Positions 13,428 through 25,696 of a stretch of DNA of 64,000 bases are shown here, in pieces. Position 1 is the first letter of the stretch. Each line of letters begins with the position of its first letter. Both the position numbers and the translations under genes were made by a program. Source of the stretch: Octopus sinensis (Eukaryota). The stretch is taken from NCBI RefSeq assembly GCF_006345805.1, contig NC_043000.1:13578001-13642000 (forward strand), read 5' to 3'. The notes under the pieces were generated by a model. That model was not told the DNA's origin, ran no database searches, and worked only from the letters and a program-made list of their open reading frames with translations.

Positions 13428-13571
13428 TTAACCCTTTGAGCCCATAACACTGGTGTACCGGTGGATGGATTATTTATTTCTATACTGCAGCACCGCTCTA
13501 TACCATAGCACTGGTGGAGTGCTAGGTACATGGTAAAATAAGGTTCAGGAGGTCAGGGCTCAAAGGTTTAA
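13428..13571. mobile_element. Short TTAA-flanked MITE
   Basis: TTAACCCTTTGAGCCC ... GGGCTCAAAGGTTTAA. Confidence 0.7.
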
Positions 13572-14093
13572 TGGTAAAGAACCAGTGAAGATTTGAAACA
13601 TTTCTGCAACTTTATGTTTATCAGCTGAACTTGCTGTGGATAGAATTTTGAACCAGCAGACACAGCAGACTGTGTGGTTAAGAAGTTTGCTTTCAAACTA
13701 TGTGGTCTTGGGTTCATTCCCACTGCACAGTACCTTGAGTAAGTGCATTCTACTATAGCCCCGCGTAAACCATAACCTTGTGAGCGGATTTAGTTAATGG
13801 AAACTGAAAGAAGCTTGGCATACACACACACATGCACACTTCACACATATAGATTTATATGTATGTGTTTTTGTGTTTATTCCAGCCCATCACTTGACAT
13901 CCAGTGTTGGTTTGTTCTCATCCCCCTAACTTTGTGGTTCACCAAAAGTGACACAGAGAATATGGACCAGGCTAAAAGGATATTAGGTACTGGTGTTGAT
14001 TTGTTTGACTAAACCCTTCGTGATGGTGCCCCAATATAGCCACAGTCCAAACCCTGGTGAGAGGTTTGAGAGAAAATAGTGGAAATCATACAT

Positions 14094-14465
14094 AACAAGA
14101 GTACTTAGAGAGCACAAACCACCGCCAAGGCAATACCAATGTTCCCTCGATGATTAGAGATGATTTTTAAAATGAGAATATCTGAAATAAACTCAACTGT
14201 TCTCACAAATAAGAATACTAAAAATACACGCAACCACTCTCAAAAATTAAGCAAAAAAGCAGGGAAAATAATCCAGAATATTTGTATGATAGCAGATTGA
14301 TCCCAAAATCTAATTAGTTTGTGCTAGTCATGAGGCCAAACATCCCTGATACTTTCATCCAAATCCATCCAGTGGCTCTTGAGATATCTTGTTCACAGGC
14401 AAACAAACAAAGAAACAGTCATGACTGAAAACAATACCTCCACCTTCGCTAAGGTGGAGGTAACA
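14094..14465. mobile_element. Non-autonomous element with a terminal hairpin, possibly Helentron/DINE-like
   Basis: Perfect 12-bp hairpin TACCTCCACCTT-CGCT-AAGGTGGAGGTA (14435-14462) plus a subterminal CCACCGCCAAGG near the other end. Class assignment is inference. Confidence 0.45.
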
Positions 14466-14589
14466 AGACAACAATAATTAGCAGATCAAGGCAAAAAACA
14501 GTGGATCTTATGTTATTTTTGGGTATTTTTACAAAACTTCAAATGATACAATTTTTTATGGTTGAGATAAGGAATTTATTTTACATATT

Positions 14590-15008
14590 GGCACAGGAAT
14601 AGCTGTGTGCTAAGTAGCTTGCTTATGAACCACATGGTTCTGGATTCAGTCCCACTGGGTGGCACCTTGGGCAAGTGTCTTCTAGTATAGCCTCAGGCCG
14701 ACCAAAGCCTTGTGAGTGGATTTGGTAGACAGAAACTGAAAGAAGCCTGTCATATATATGTATATATATGTATATATGTATGTGTGTGTATGTTTGTGTG
14801 TGTGTCTGTGTTTGTCCCCCCAACATCGCTTGACAACCGATGCTGGTGTGTTTACGTCCTCGTAACTTAGCGGTTCGGCAAAAGAGACCGATAGAATAAA
14901 TACTAGGCTTACAAAGAATAAGTCCTGGGGTCGATTTTCTCGACTAACTGCAGTACTCCAGCATGGCCACTGTCAAATGACTGAAACAAGTAAAAGAGTA
15001 AAAGAGTA
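14590..15008 (+). mobile_element. tRNA-derived SINE, family A, full length
   Basis: tRNA-like head, GGCACCTTGGGCAAGTGTCTT core, internal (TA)/(TG) tract, (AAAAGAGT)n tail. Confidence 0.9.
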
Positions 15009-15056
15009 TACTGTTTATATTAGTCAGACAAATGTCATCATCTTGATTGTTATTTT

Positions 15057-15098
15057 CATTACATTTCAGCTGTTGTATGCTGCAGCATTCTTCAGGTG
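15057..15098 (-). ncRNA. Decayed type I hammerhead-ribozyme motif
   Basis: CAC-CUGAAGA-A-UGCUG..CAGCU-GAAAU-GUA-AUG; core boxes intact, with mismatches in stems I and II. Confidence 0.45.
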
Positions 15099-15330
15099 TC
15101 TTGTGTTGTATCAGGCATAGCGTAGTAAACAAAGACATTGGTTAATGCAAAGCAGACACCTAGAGGTTCAGAGTTCAATCCCAGGCAAGGCACTAAAGTA
15201 ATTCACATCGTTCATCTAAAGCAAAAAATGTCACGAAACACAGAGAGCAGAGTGAGATCAGTGTACTCCTGTAGATCAAATAAAGGGTTAGGTTTGAAAT
15301 TCTGATACTACAACTGAGTTCAACACAAGA

Positions 15331-15372
15331 CACCTGAAGCAAGCTGGGGTGTACAACAGCCAAAACGTAGTG
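15331..15372 (+). ncRNA. Decayed type I hammerhead-ribozyme motif
   Basis: CAC-CUGAAGC-A-AGCUG..CAGCC-AAAAC-GUA-GUG; stem I CAC/GUG intact, with two core substitutions. Confidence 0.4.
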
Positions 15373-15537
15373 AAAGTAACAATCAAGATAAGGACAACAA
15401 TCTGAATAATATAAACAGTATACATTGTTCAAATGATGGTTTCCAGAAAATTTTTAACATGTTGCACTTAACTGAAAATTCCTCTGTAGAAATTTTAAAA
15501 GGAACCAAATATTTCTTCTTTAAAATCAATAGATTTA

Positions 15538-15761
15538 AAGGTGGCGAGCTGGCAGAATCGTTAGCACGTCGGGCGAAATGCTTAGCGGTATTTCGGCTGC
15601 CGTAACGTTGTGAGTTCAAATTCCGCCGAGGTCGACTTTACCTTTCATCCTTTCAGGGGTCGATAAATTAAGTACCAGTTACGCACTGGGGTCAATGTAA
15701 TCGACTTAATACCTATGTTTGTCCCCTCTATGTTTAGCCCCTTGTGGGTAATAAAGAAATA
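15538..15761 (+). mobile_element. SINE family D
   Basis: GGCGAGCTGGCAGAATCGTTAGCAC head, GAGGTCGACTT..CCTTTCATCCTTTC..GGGGTCGATAAATTAAGTACC core; near-identical copies at 35075, 39790 and 56327. Confidence 0.85.
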
Positions 15762-15834
15762 GATTTAAATGATAAGGATGATAATGATATAGCAAATGTA
15801 CCATCCAACTATCCATTCATTTTCCCCACCCAAT

Positions 15835-16215
15835 ATCACTGGGCGGGTTGTTGAAGTGCCTCCTCTATGGGGTCCTGTCAGATGCAACCATCATATAACT
15901 TTCCTGCAAGGTTCCCTTGAGTGACCAACTGAGACTATGGATGTTATGCAACCATTTTACTCTTGGTTAGTCCCCAGGTCTCCTAATAATTGGCTCAGCT
16001 TGAAGATTTCATCTTATGATCCTTTTCTGTGACATTGTAATCTTATGTCTGTTGTAGTGGAGCTGTGATCTCTCAATGCAGAGATGTAGCAGCTTGATCC
16101 AGAGAGAATCCTTAATCTCTGAGCTAAGTACCTTGTTGAGTAATGTTACTCCAGAGATCCTTGAGAGGAAACCCATTTTGGCAACTGACATTTGTGACTG
16201 TACCCCTTCAGTCAT
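15835..16215 (-). mobile_element. RTE-clade (Expander/Rex3-like) LINE 3' coding relic
   Basis: MGFLSRISGVTLLNKVLSSEIKDSL..IERSQLHYNRHKITMSQKRI resembles the RTE C-terminal pattern EMGFLRRISG..IERSQLRWFGH..RM. Confidence 0.65.
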
Positions 16216-16513
16216 TAGAAAGCCTGAAATTTTTAGGGGAGGAAGCTAGTGTTGAATTACGATATTCATGATTTGCTTAAACGAACCAAGACTACTAATA
16301 TTGATTTCAAATTTTGGCACAAGGACAGAAAGTTAAGGGAGGGGGCTAGTCAATTACATCAGTTTCAGTACTTATTTGCTATCTAGTTTATCGACCCTGA
16401 AAGAATGAAAGGCAAAATCAATTTTGGTGGAATTTGAACTCAGAACACAAAGACAGATGAAATCCTGCGTGCTAGCAATTCTGTCAGCTCACCACTTTAC
16501 CAAGACTACTAAT

Positions 16514-16824
16514 TTCTTTTATTTATGCACCCTTTTTCAAGCCTAGCCAGGCTCATGGGCCCGGTTTCTCGGTTTCTATGGCGTATGTGTTCCCCCCAGC
16601 TGGACGGGACACCAGTCCATTGCAGCGTTACTCAAGAAACAGGAAGAAAGAGTGAGAGAGAGTTGGGTGAAAGAGTACAACAGGGTCGCCACCCCTGCCG
16701 GGAGCCTCATGGAGCTTTAGGTGTTTTCGCTCAATAAACACACACAACATCCGGTCTGCAATCGAAACCACGATCCTCCAACCGCAGGTCCGCTGCCCTA
16801 ACCACTGGGCCATTGCGCCTCCAC
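16514..16824 (-). mobile_element. SINE family C, tail variant 2, with TSD
   Basis: Family C head joined to a GCAATGGACTGG..GAAACCGAGAAACCGGGCCC tail; CAAGACTACTAAT at 16501-16513 and 16824-16836. Confidence 0.85.
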
Positions 16825-17244
16825 AAGACTACTAATACTGGTTTAAAATTTTGACACAAGGTCAGCAGTTTTGGAGGAGAGTGTCAAGTTAATGACATTG
16901 ACCTTAGTGTTTAACTGTTGCTTATTTTATTGACCCCACCCCCAAAAGGATGAAAGGCAAAGTTGATCTTGGCAGAAATTGAACTCAGAATGTGAAGACG
17001 GATAAAACACTGCAAGACAACTGATACTGAAACAACATTTTAAGGTGACAAACTGGCATGCTGGGCAAAATGCTCAGCAGCATGACATCCGTCTTTATGT
17101 TCCTGAGTTCAAATTCTGCTGAGGTTAATTTTGCCTTTCATCCTTTCAGGGTCAATAAAATAAGTACCAGTTGATTTACCTGGGGACTGGTGTAATCGAA
17201 TTACCTCCTCTTCCTGAAATTGCTGGTCCTGTGCCAAAACTTGA

Positions 17245-17789
17245 AACCAACATTGAAACATTTTGGATAGAAATATTTCATTACAAAAATGCTACAGGAA
17301 AATTTTCCTTTTAGAGATGTTGCAACATTTGCTATTAATCTTCTAATATTTCTTAATTCAAAAACCGCAACACAAATATTAGTTAGTCGCATGAATGTTA
17401 TCAAAACAAGATTGAGAAATACAATGCAACATCTAATGCTTGGAGCTGGTCTCTTTGTAAAGTATCTTTCTGAAACAAGATGATAAATTCTGCAAAGATT
17501 ATCGTTTACCTGAAGCAATACCAAATGAAATTATTAACACAATGGACACTGAAAATTTCAATGATTTTGCTGATTTGTTAGGTGTTGATTTAGATATATA
17601 AGCAAAGATTTGGTTTTTATCTTTCCTATCAAATAAAGTATCTACTATTATTGCTTCTTAATTAGAATATTTGAATTGATTTAATTTGATTTATATTTAA
17701 ACAAAGTAAACACTGGGTTTTTTTTTTCTTATCTAGAGCATTTGTGTTCAAGTCTAGAATTAAATTATTATTTAAATTTGGCAATGCTG
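17245..17789 (+). pseudogene. Decayed hAT transposase C-terminal (dimerisation) region and probable 3' end
   Basis: ETFWIEIFHYKNATG / FPFRDVATFAINLLIF..VSRMNVIKTRLRNTM / KFCKDYRLPEA; TIR-like TGGCAATGCTG at 17779-17789. Confidence 0.7.
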
Positions 17790-19104
17790 ACTACGACATT
17801 TTGGAAGAAAAAAGTGTGGAGTCATGCCACACATCAATACAACAGTTCTTCACAAATAGGAGGAATGGGCCTTAAGTACTTGAAGATCTTTAATAAGGAG
17901 CCAGCCATTAAACCTTTTGATAACAACCTGCAGGGCATCACATTTGGTTCTATGATACAAATTTCATGTTTTGAAGTGGTGTAAATTACAAAAACTTTCA
18001 TTAAAATTTCATGTTAATCTAAGATCCAAAGATCAGCTTAAAGATTGCAAATTTTGGCACAGGGCCAGCAATATCAGGGAGGGAAGAAAGTCAATTACAT
18101 TAACCTCAATGCTCAACTGGTACTTATTTTGTGAATCCTGAAAGGTTGAAAGACAAAATCGACCTTGGTGGAATTTGAACTCAGAACGTAAAGATGGATG
18201 AAACGTCGTTAAGCATTCTGCCAGCTCACTGCCTTAGATCAGCTTAATAATGACTGTTGTTTTACAAAATTCTTCATTAGTTTCAAAAAGAATTGATACA
18301 AAATGGGTATATTTCAAGAGAAATATGGTAATGTAAAGGTTGTCTTCCTATGTTACCACTGTTACACAAAATATTAGCAAAGAGGTCAGACAATGATGGA
18401 TCTACAAGGCCAAAGTAAATTAAATTTTATTTAATTGCTTTATCTTTTATTGTTTACCTGTTTCAGTTACCGGACTGTGGACATGCTGGGGGCACTCCCT
18501 TGAAGAGTTTTAGTCAAACAATTTGACCCCAGTACTTATTTTTAACTCTAGTACTTTTTCTATTGGTCTCTTTTGCCAAACAACTAAGTTACATGGGGCA
18601 TAAAGAAACTAATATCTGCAAGTGGTGGTAGTAGGGGACACACACATAAAGACATAAACATATGCATGCATATATATATATATATATATATATACTCAAT
18701 GGGCTTTCACACAGTTTCCATCAATCAAATTCACTCATAAAGCATTGGTCAGCTTGACAGTATAGTAAAAGACACTTGCCCAAGGTGCTGTGCAGTAGGA
18801 CAGAACCTGAAGCCACATATTTATAAAGTTAGCTTTTTTAGCTCTTGAAGAAAAAAAACTAGTCATCTTCACACATATTTGGTAAAATTTCAGTAATCTA
18901 GAACCCTAATTTCGTCTTGTTCTATGATTTTTAAAAATTTACATTTTTGCTTTTCTGGAACCTAACCATTTCATAAAATGGGTTTTGAAAAAGATTTTTT
19001 TTCCTTGTTGTAAAACAAGATTTTTACCTTAGTAATTCCTGCTGCATTAATACGTTTGGCAAGTAAAGGGCCACATTAGTTCACAAATGATTAAAATGGG
19101 TTTA

Positions 19105-19967
19105 TAAACCCTTTAGCATTTAAACTGGTCATATCCATTCCAAATATTCCATCTGTTTTATGCTCAAACTGGTCAGGTCCAGACTATCATGCCTACCCTA
19201 CACTGTCATTCTAAAAATAAGCAGTCACTTCATTGAAATTCTGAAGCTATAAGATTATACATGATTAACCCCTTAGCCCAAGATTAAACATGATTAACCC
19301 CAAATCCAGCCCAAATACTCAACCTGTCTTTTGTTCAAACTGACCAGATATGGCCTCTCACAAGCTATTATAATGTCATCCCCCACCCCCAAAAGGGCAG
19401 TGAGCTGACAGAATTGCTAGCATGCCAGGCAAAATGCTTAAAAGCATTCTGTCTATCTTTATGTTCTGAATTAAAATTTGGTGGAGGTCAACTTTGCCTT
19501 TCATCTCCTCAGGGTCGATAAAATAAGTACCAATGAGCAATGGGGTTGAAATAATCAACTTAGTTGCTGGCCTTGTATCAAAATTTGAAACCAATGTTGC
19601 CAGTACTGCCTGATTGGCCCTCGTGCTTGTGGCACATAAAAGCACCCACTACACTCTTGGAGTGGTTGGCATTAGGAAGGGCATCCAGCTGTAGAAACTC
19701 TGCCAGATCAGATTGGAGCCTGATGCAGCCGTCTGGTTTGCCAGCCCTCAGTCAAACCGTCCAACGCATGCCAGCATGGAAAGCGGACGTTAAACGCTGA
19801 TGATGATAATGATGATGATGATGATGATGATGATGATGTCATTCCAAAAATTGACAATAACATCACTGGAAGCTCAAAGCTATAAAATAATGCAAGATTA
19901 GAATTCAAAACAATGTGAATAAATAAGCATTACATTTGACAGAGCCATCCAAAATCTAAAGGGTTAA
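19105..19967. mobile_element. TTAA-type MITE with nested SINE D and RTE tail
   Basis: TAAACCCTTTAGCATTTAAACTGG start, CTAAAGGGTTAA end; insertions at about 19390-19837. Confidence 0.65.
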
Positions 19968-20493
19968 GGGGACATACTAAGAAATCTAATGGTGGTTTTG
20001 TGTATGAGCAGCTGAAAATATGAAATGGTCACCCTGAAGCTAAAAAATGAACAATGCCAGTAAAATACATATGTCTAAGTCAGTCTGAACAGAAGATTCA
20101 GATTTAAAGAGAAGAACAAAAGCAGTTTTATTTCACAAAGAACAAAGTCGTTTCATAAATCAAGACTTTTAAGGACAAAATCAATTGTTATTCTTTTTTT
20201 TTTATCGCTTATTTGTTTCTGTCATTGGACTGCAGCCATGTTGGGGGAACCACGTTGAATGGGTTTTGACAAATGAATCAATAGACCCCAGTGTTTATGC
20301 TTTTAAACTTGATACATATTCTATCAGTCTCTCATGCCAAGCTGCTAATCTACTGGAATGTAAACAAACTAACACCAGTTGTCAAGCAGTGGTGGGGAAC
20401 AGACACAAATACAAAGGCACACACACACACAAATACATAGATATATACATATATATGTATAAATACACATACATATATATACACACATACTTA

Positions 20494-20526
<33 letters not shown>

Positions 20527-21130
20527 GTTGATAGAGGTCACAAAAATGACAGAGGGTACTAACTAACACTGCTTTTGCAAAAGATAAAGTTAAACAAACT
20601 CAAAGTTAGTCTGGAAAACGTTTGATGATGATGATGATGATGATGATCAGGGCTATAGTAGAATACATTTGTCCAACATGCCACACACAATTGACTTCTT
20701 TCAGTGTTCACCTGTCAAATCCACTCACAAGGCTTTGGTCAGTCCAGGGCTGTAGAAGAAGATACTTACCCAAGGTGCAACATACAATGGACTTTTTTTC
20801 AGTTTCTGTCAATTTCTCTATAAATGCCTGTCTGTCTGTCTGCCTACCTACATACCTACCTATCTACCTACATATATATATCTATCTTTCTACCTACCTA
20901 TATATCTATCTATGTACCTACCTACCTACCTACCTACCTACCTACCTACCTACCTACCTACCTACCTACCTACCTATCTATCTATCTATCTAACTACCTA
21001 TCATTCTATCTACCTACCTATCTAAATTTAAATTTAAAATGAGGGTGAAAAATTGGATATTAATTTGATTAACATTAATTTAAAACCAGTGGTCTAGCAT
21101 ATTAAAATCTGAAGGTTCAGTAAATTGTAT

Positions 21131-21280
21131 TACATATGAGAGTGATGAACCATTACGTGGACAACCCTTATGCTAGAAGTAGATCTGCTATGGTCTTATA
21201 CATTTCTTAGTGATAAGACCATAGCGAATCTGCTTCTAGCATAAGGGTTGTTCACATAGTGGTCATCCCTCTCATATGTA
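21131..21280. repeat. 150-nt palindromic MITE-like hairpin
   Basis: Arms 21131-21199 and 21213-21280 are near-perfect reverse complements around a 13-nt loop; TA at both ends. Confidence 0.85.
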
Positions 21281-21571
21281 TGTAATATCTATCTATCTGT
21301 CAATTCCTCTATCTGTATAAACTCTTTCTTCATTGATATATCTAGCAACCTCAAGGCAGCGAGCTGGCAGAATCATTAGCACACCATGCAAAATGCTTCG
21401 TGGCATTTCGTATGTCTTTACATTCTGAGTTTAAATTCCTCCAAGGTAGACTTTGCCTTTCATCCTTTCAGAGTCAATAAAATAAGTACCAGTCATATAC
21501 TAGAGTTGACATAATCGAATTACCAACCACCTGAAACCAATATATCTATCAACCTTACCAATCATTTGATC

Positions 21572-21831
21572 CAGTGGGTCTCAATCATTTTTTACTTGTG
21601 GATACTCTTTGATTTCTATTTCACTTGGGCGAACACCTAAAGCCATTTGATGTTCTAAAAAAAATCCTATTTTATCTTTATAATCTAATATTAATAGGAA
21701 TTGTATAAAAACAAATCATTAAAACATTTTGTGTATTGTAAAAGTGTAAACCAATTTATTGTACATAAATTTAATGACAAAATCTTAAATGGACCCCCAA
21801 GGGTCATATGAACCCTAGTTGAGAACCAATT
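21572..21831. mobile_element. hAT (Charlie-like) MITE
   Basis: CAGTGGGTCTCAATCATTTT ... GTTGAGAACCAATT; same family as 51363-51693. Confidence 0.7.
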
Positions 21832-23167
21832 ATTTAAATCAATCTATCAGCCTATTTGGCAATCTATTTATCTACCTACTTACCTACCTGTCTACCTACC
21901 TATCTATCTCTGAGTTTCTAATACATAGTTCTAAGGCCATAGTAGCAAAGAATATAATAGAAAATACCTGTTCTGAACATTGATTCCCAGCAAACCTCTC
22001 CTTAATCCACTTCTTACTTCATCCCAAATTCTCATGCCCTATATTGTGTCTTTTGTTTTCCTTTGCACACATGTGTGAGTGTGTTTGGGTGTGTATATGT
22101 GGAGGAGGGTTCGGGAGTGTTGGGTGTAACATGTATGTGTGAGTGTGAGTGTATATGTGTGAGAGTTTGTATATGTAAATGTGTGTGTGTATGTGTATGG
22201 ATACAATCATGTGTAAGATATGTGAATGCATATCTTAATGGGTGTCTGAATACGAATGTGTGTTAGTGTGGGAATCTGTGTAAGAAAATGTGCGTGTATA
22301 CATGGGTATGGCTTGATGATGTGTGACTTACGCATGTGTGTGTATGCATGTATGTGCCTCTGTGTGTGTGTGTGTGTGTGTATGTGTGTGTAAATGCATA
22401 CATGAGAGCCAGTGTGCATGTGTTTGTGTCTGGGTATATGTCGATGTGTGTCTGTGTCTGTGTGTATGTGTGTGTCAGTCTATGTACAATGTGTATGAGT
22501 AAGGTCATGTGTGACATGTGCATGTATGCGTATGTGAAGGATTATGCGTGTATGAATGTGTGTATATGCATATGTGTGTCAATGTACCCATTAGTGTGTG
22601 TATGAGTATGTGTAAATAGGGGTTAATGTTGGTAAGTATTAGTTTGTGAGATGTGTGTATGAGTATAAGTATATATATATATATATATGATAGTGTTTTC
22701 ATGTATGTAAATGTGCATGTGTATATGAGTGTATGTTTGTAAGTGTTAGTGATACGTGTACAAGTGTATGTGCGTATGAGTGTGTATGTGTGTGTGTATG
22801 CAAGTGTATATGCATATTAGTATGTGGAATTCATGTGGGAGTGTGTATATGATTGTGTATGCGCGGGTTATATGCACATGTCTGTGTGTATGGTGTTTGT
22901 ATGCATATTAATATAGTGTAAACATGTGTGGGGGTGTAAGAGGAAGAGAGACAACAAGAAGGAAAATGAGAGAGGGGGAGAGAGAACAAAAAGGAAAGAG
23001 AGAAAGGTTGTGTGAGTGTATGTGTGTGTACATAAATATGTTTGTGCATGTTTCTTCTTGTGCGTGGGCATGCTCAAGAGTGCAAGCCTATGTGTATGTA
23101 TATATATATATATATACAAGCATACATACATATATGTGTGTGTGTGTATATACATACACGTATATAC

Positions 23168-23218
<51 letters not shown>

Positions 23219-23491
23219 TGTATATATATACATGTATATACAAACAAACATACATACATACACACACACATATATGCATGCATACATACATACATACATA
23301 CATACAGACATACATACATACATACATGCATACATACATACATACATACATACATACATACATACATACATACATACATACATGGGCGACTGCTGGTCTT
23401 CCAAAAAACAACTTTGCCCGGACTTGTGCCTGGCAGGGTAATTTTCTTGATGCAATCCCATGGTCTGTGTCGTGACCAAAGGGGGTCTCAG

Positions 23492-23549
<58 letters not shown>

Positions 23550-23822
23550 ATTTGTGTGGGGCTGAATATATATATATATATTTGTTTGTGTACAAATTGT
23601 ATCAGTGGGTGGGTAATGGCAATGAAGATAGAGACGGAGGGGGTGAATTGATGTGAAGTGGGGGGTGGGGTGGGCAGAAACTTATTCTGCTAAATTGAAT
23701 AACAAATTTAATTGTCCTTTCCAGCCCCCACAATCACAACCACCAAACCTACCCTTACCTCATGGTCTTAACACTACCATCTCCTCCACAACACATTCCC
23801 CCATCAGCACGATCCCCCATCC

Positions 23823-24012
23823 CTACCAAAGAGTTTCTAAAGTCTCTAATTGGTTGTTTGACCAACTAGAAATAGCAGCTAAATCTACCATATCATTTGG
23901 TGAGGAAAAGAGAAGGTATATTGGATCACCATAGTCTTCAATATACTTCCACAAAAATGATTGGTCACAGTTGGTATATCTTTGATAATAATGTTTCCTA
24001 ACTGCGGTTGAC
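23823..24012 (-). other. Unique island with two open minus-strand frames; candidate exon
   Basis: TCACAG| acceptor; frames STAVRKHYYQRYTNCDQSFLWKYIEDYGDPIYLLF.. and QPQLGNIIIKDIPTVTNHFCGSILK..; no homolog recognised. Confidence 0.25.
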
Positions 24013-24131
24013 CTGTGACTAACAACAACAAAAATAACAATAGCAGAAAAAGAGTTGAGTGTGTGCGTGCGCACACATGTGTATTTGTATATATAAATAC
24101 AAATATATATATATTTATATCTATATCTATC

Positions 24132-24172
<41 letters not shown>

Positions 24173-24460
24173 TTATATAAATAAGGATAAGATCATTAAC
24201 CTAAAAATAAAATAACGATTTTATCAAGTGGCCAGCATGGAAAAAATAACCTTCAAAGGTAATAATTATTAAAATTATAAATTAGAGTATCTACGAGAAA
24301 CTCTAATTAATAATTTATAATTATATATATATATATATGATTTGATTTGATTTGATTTTGATTTTTCCAGTTTCAGCTAATGAGCTGTGGCCATGCTGGG
24401 GCACCGCCATTTGGTTTGCTACACGATTTTACCTCACGGATGCTTTTTAGCATATATATA

Positions 24461-25696
24461 TCATCATCATCATCATCATCGTTTAACGTCCGTTCTCCAT
24501 GCTAGCATGGGTTGGACGGTTCGACCGGGGTTCTGGGAAGCCAGAAGGCTGCACCAGGCTCCAGTCTAATTTGGCAATGTTTCTACAGCTGGATGCCCTT
24601 CCTAACGCCAACCGCTCCGTGAGTGTAGTGGGTGCTTTTTACGTGCCACCTGCACAGGTGCCAGGCGGGGCTGGCAACGGCCACGGTCAGATTGGTGTAT
24701 TTTATGTGCCACCGGCACGGAAGCCAGTCGAGGCGGTGCTGGCATCAGCCACGAGTCGGATAGTGCTTTTTACGTACCACCAGACCAGGGATCCTGGCTG
24801 GTTCAATTCGATTTCGATTTCGCTTGCCCCAACATGTCTTCACAAGCAAAGGGGGTTGGCAAGGGTGCCTGTCGTACGGTCGCATTGGAGTATTTTACGT
24901 GCCACGGCCACGAGTCGGATAGTGCTTTTTACGTACCACCAGACCAGGGATCTGGCTGGTTCAATTCGATTTCGATTTCGCTTGCCCCAACATGTCTTCA
25001 CAAGCAAAGGGGGTTGGCATGGGTGCCTGTCGTACGGTCGCATTGGAGTATTTTACGTGCCACGGCCACGAGTCGGATAGTGCTTTTTACGTACCACCAG
25101 GCCAGGGATCCTGGCTGGTTCAATTCGGTTTCGATTTCGATTTCGATTTCGCTTGCTCCAACATGTCTTCGCAAGCATGGGGGGTTGGCATGGGTGTCTG
25201 TCGTCGGATGAGGTTCTATATCGACTTCGCTTGCCTCAACCGGTCTTTGTGTCCAAGGGAGGAAAGGCATTCATAAGTCGGCTGGGCTCACTTGTCCTGC
25301 CTGGTCTTCTCACGTACAGAATATTTCCAAAGGTCTCGGTCTCTGGTCATTTCCTCAGTGAGGCCTAAAGTTCGAAGGTCGTGCTTCACCACCTCGTCCC
25401 AGGTTTTCCTGGGTCTACCTCTTCCACGGGTTCCCTCAACTGCTAGGGATTGGCACTTTCTCACACACCTATCTTCATCCATTCTCGCCACATGACCATA
25501 CCAGCGCAATCGTCTCTCTTGCACACCACAACTGATGCTTCTTAGGTACAACATTTCTCTCAAGGTGCTAACGCTCTGTCGAGTATGTACACTGACATTA
25601 CACATCCATCGGAGCATACTGGCTTCATTCCTCACGAGCTTACGCATGTCCTCAGCACATTACACATCCATCGGAGCATACTGGCTTCATTCCTCA
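24461..25696 (-). mobile_element. Young 5'-truncated RTE-clade LINE: ORF C-terminus, 3' UTR and (GAT)n tail
   Basis: ORF 25288-25647 with MLRWMC, RRLRWYGHVARM and GTRGRGRPRKTWDEVV..DRDLWK, hallmark RTE C-terminal motifs; tail at 24461-24482. Confidence 0.92.
24749..25205. repeat. About 2.9 tandem copies of a 158-159-bp unit inside the RTE 3' UTR
   Basis: CCACGAGTCGGATAGTGC starts at 24749, 24908 and 25066. Confidence 0.9.

Noticed and set aside
24749-25205. CRISPR-like array
   Set aside because: Units are whole tandem duplications with no unique spacers, in a eukaryotic retroelement with no cas genes.
24499-25276. Overlapping 90-193-aa ORFs with repeated peptides
   Set aside because: They lie in the triplicated RTE 3' UTR, mostly antisense to the element.
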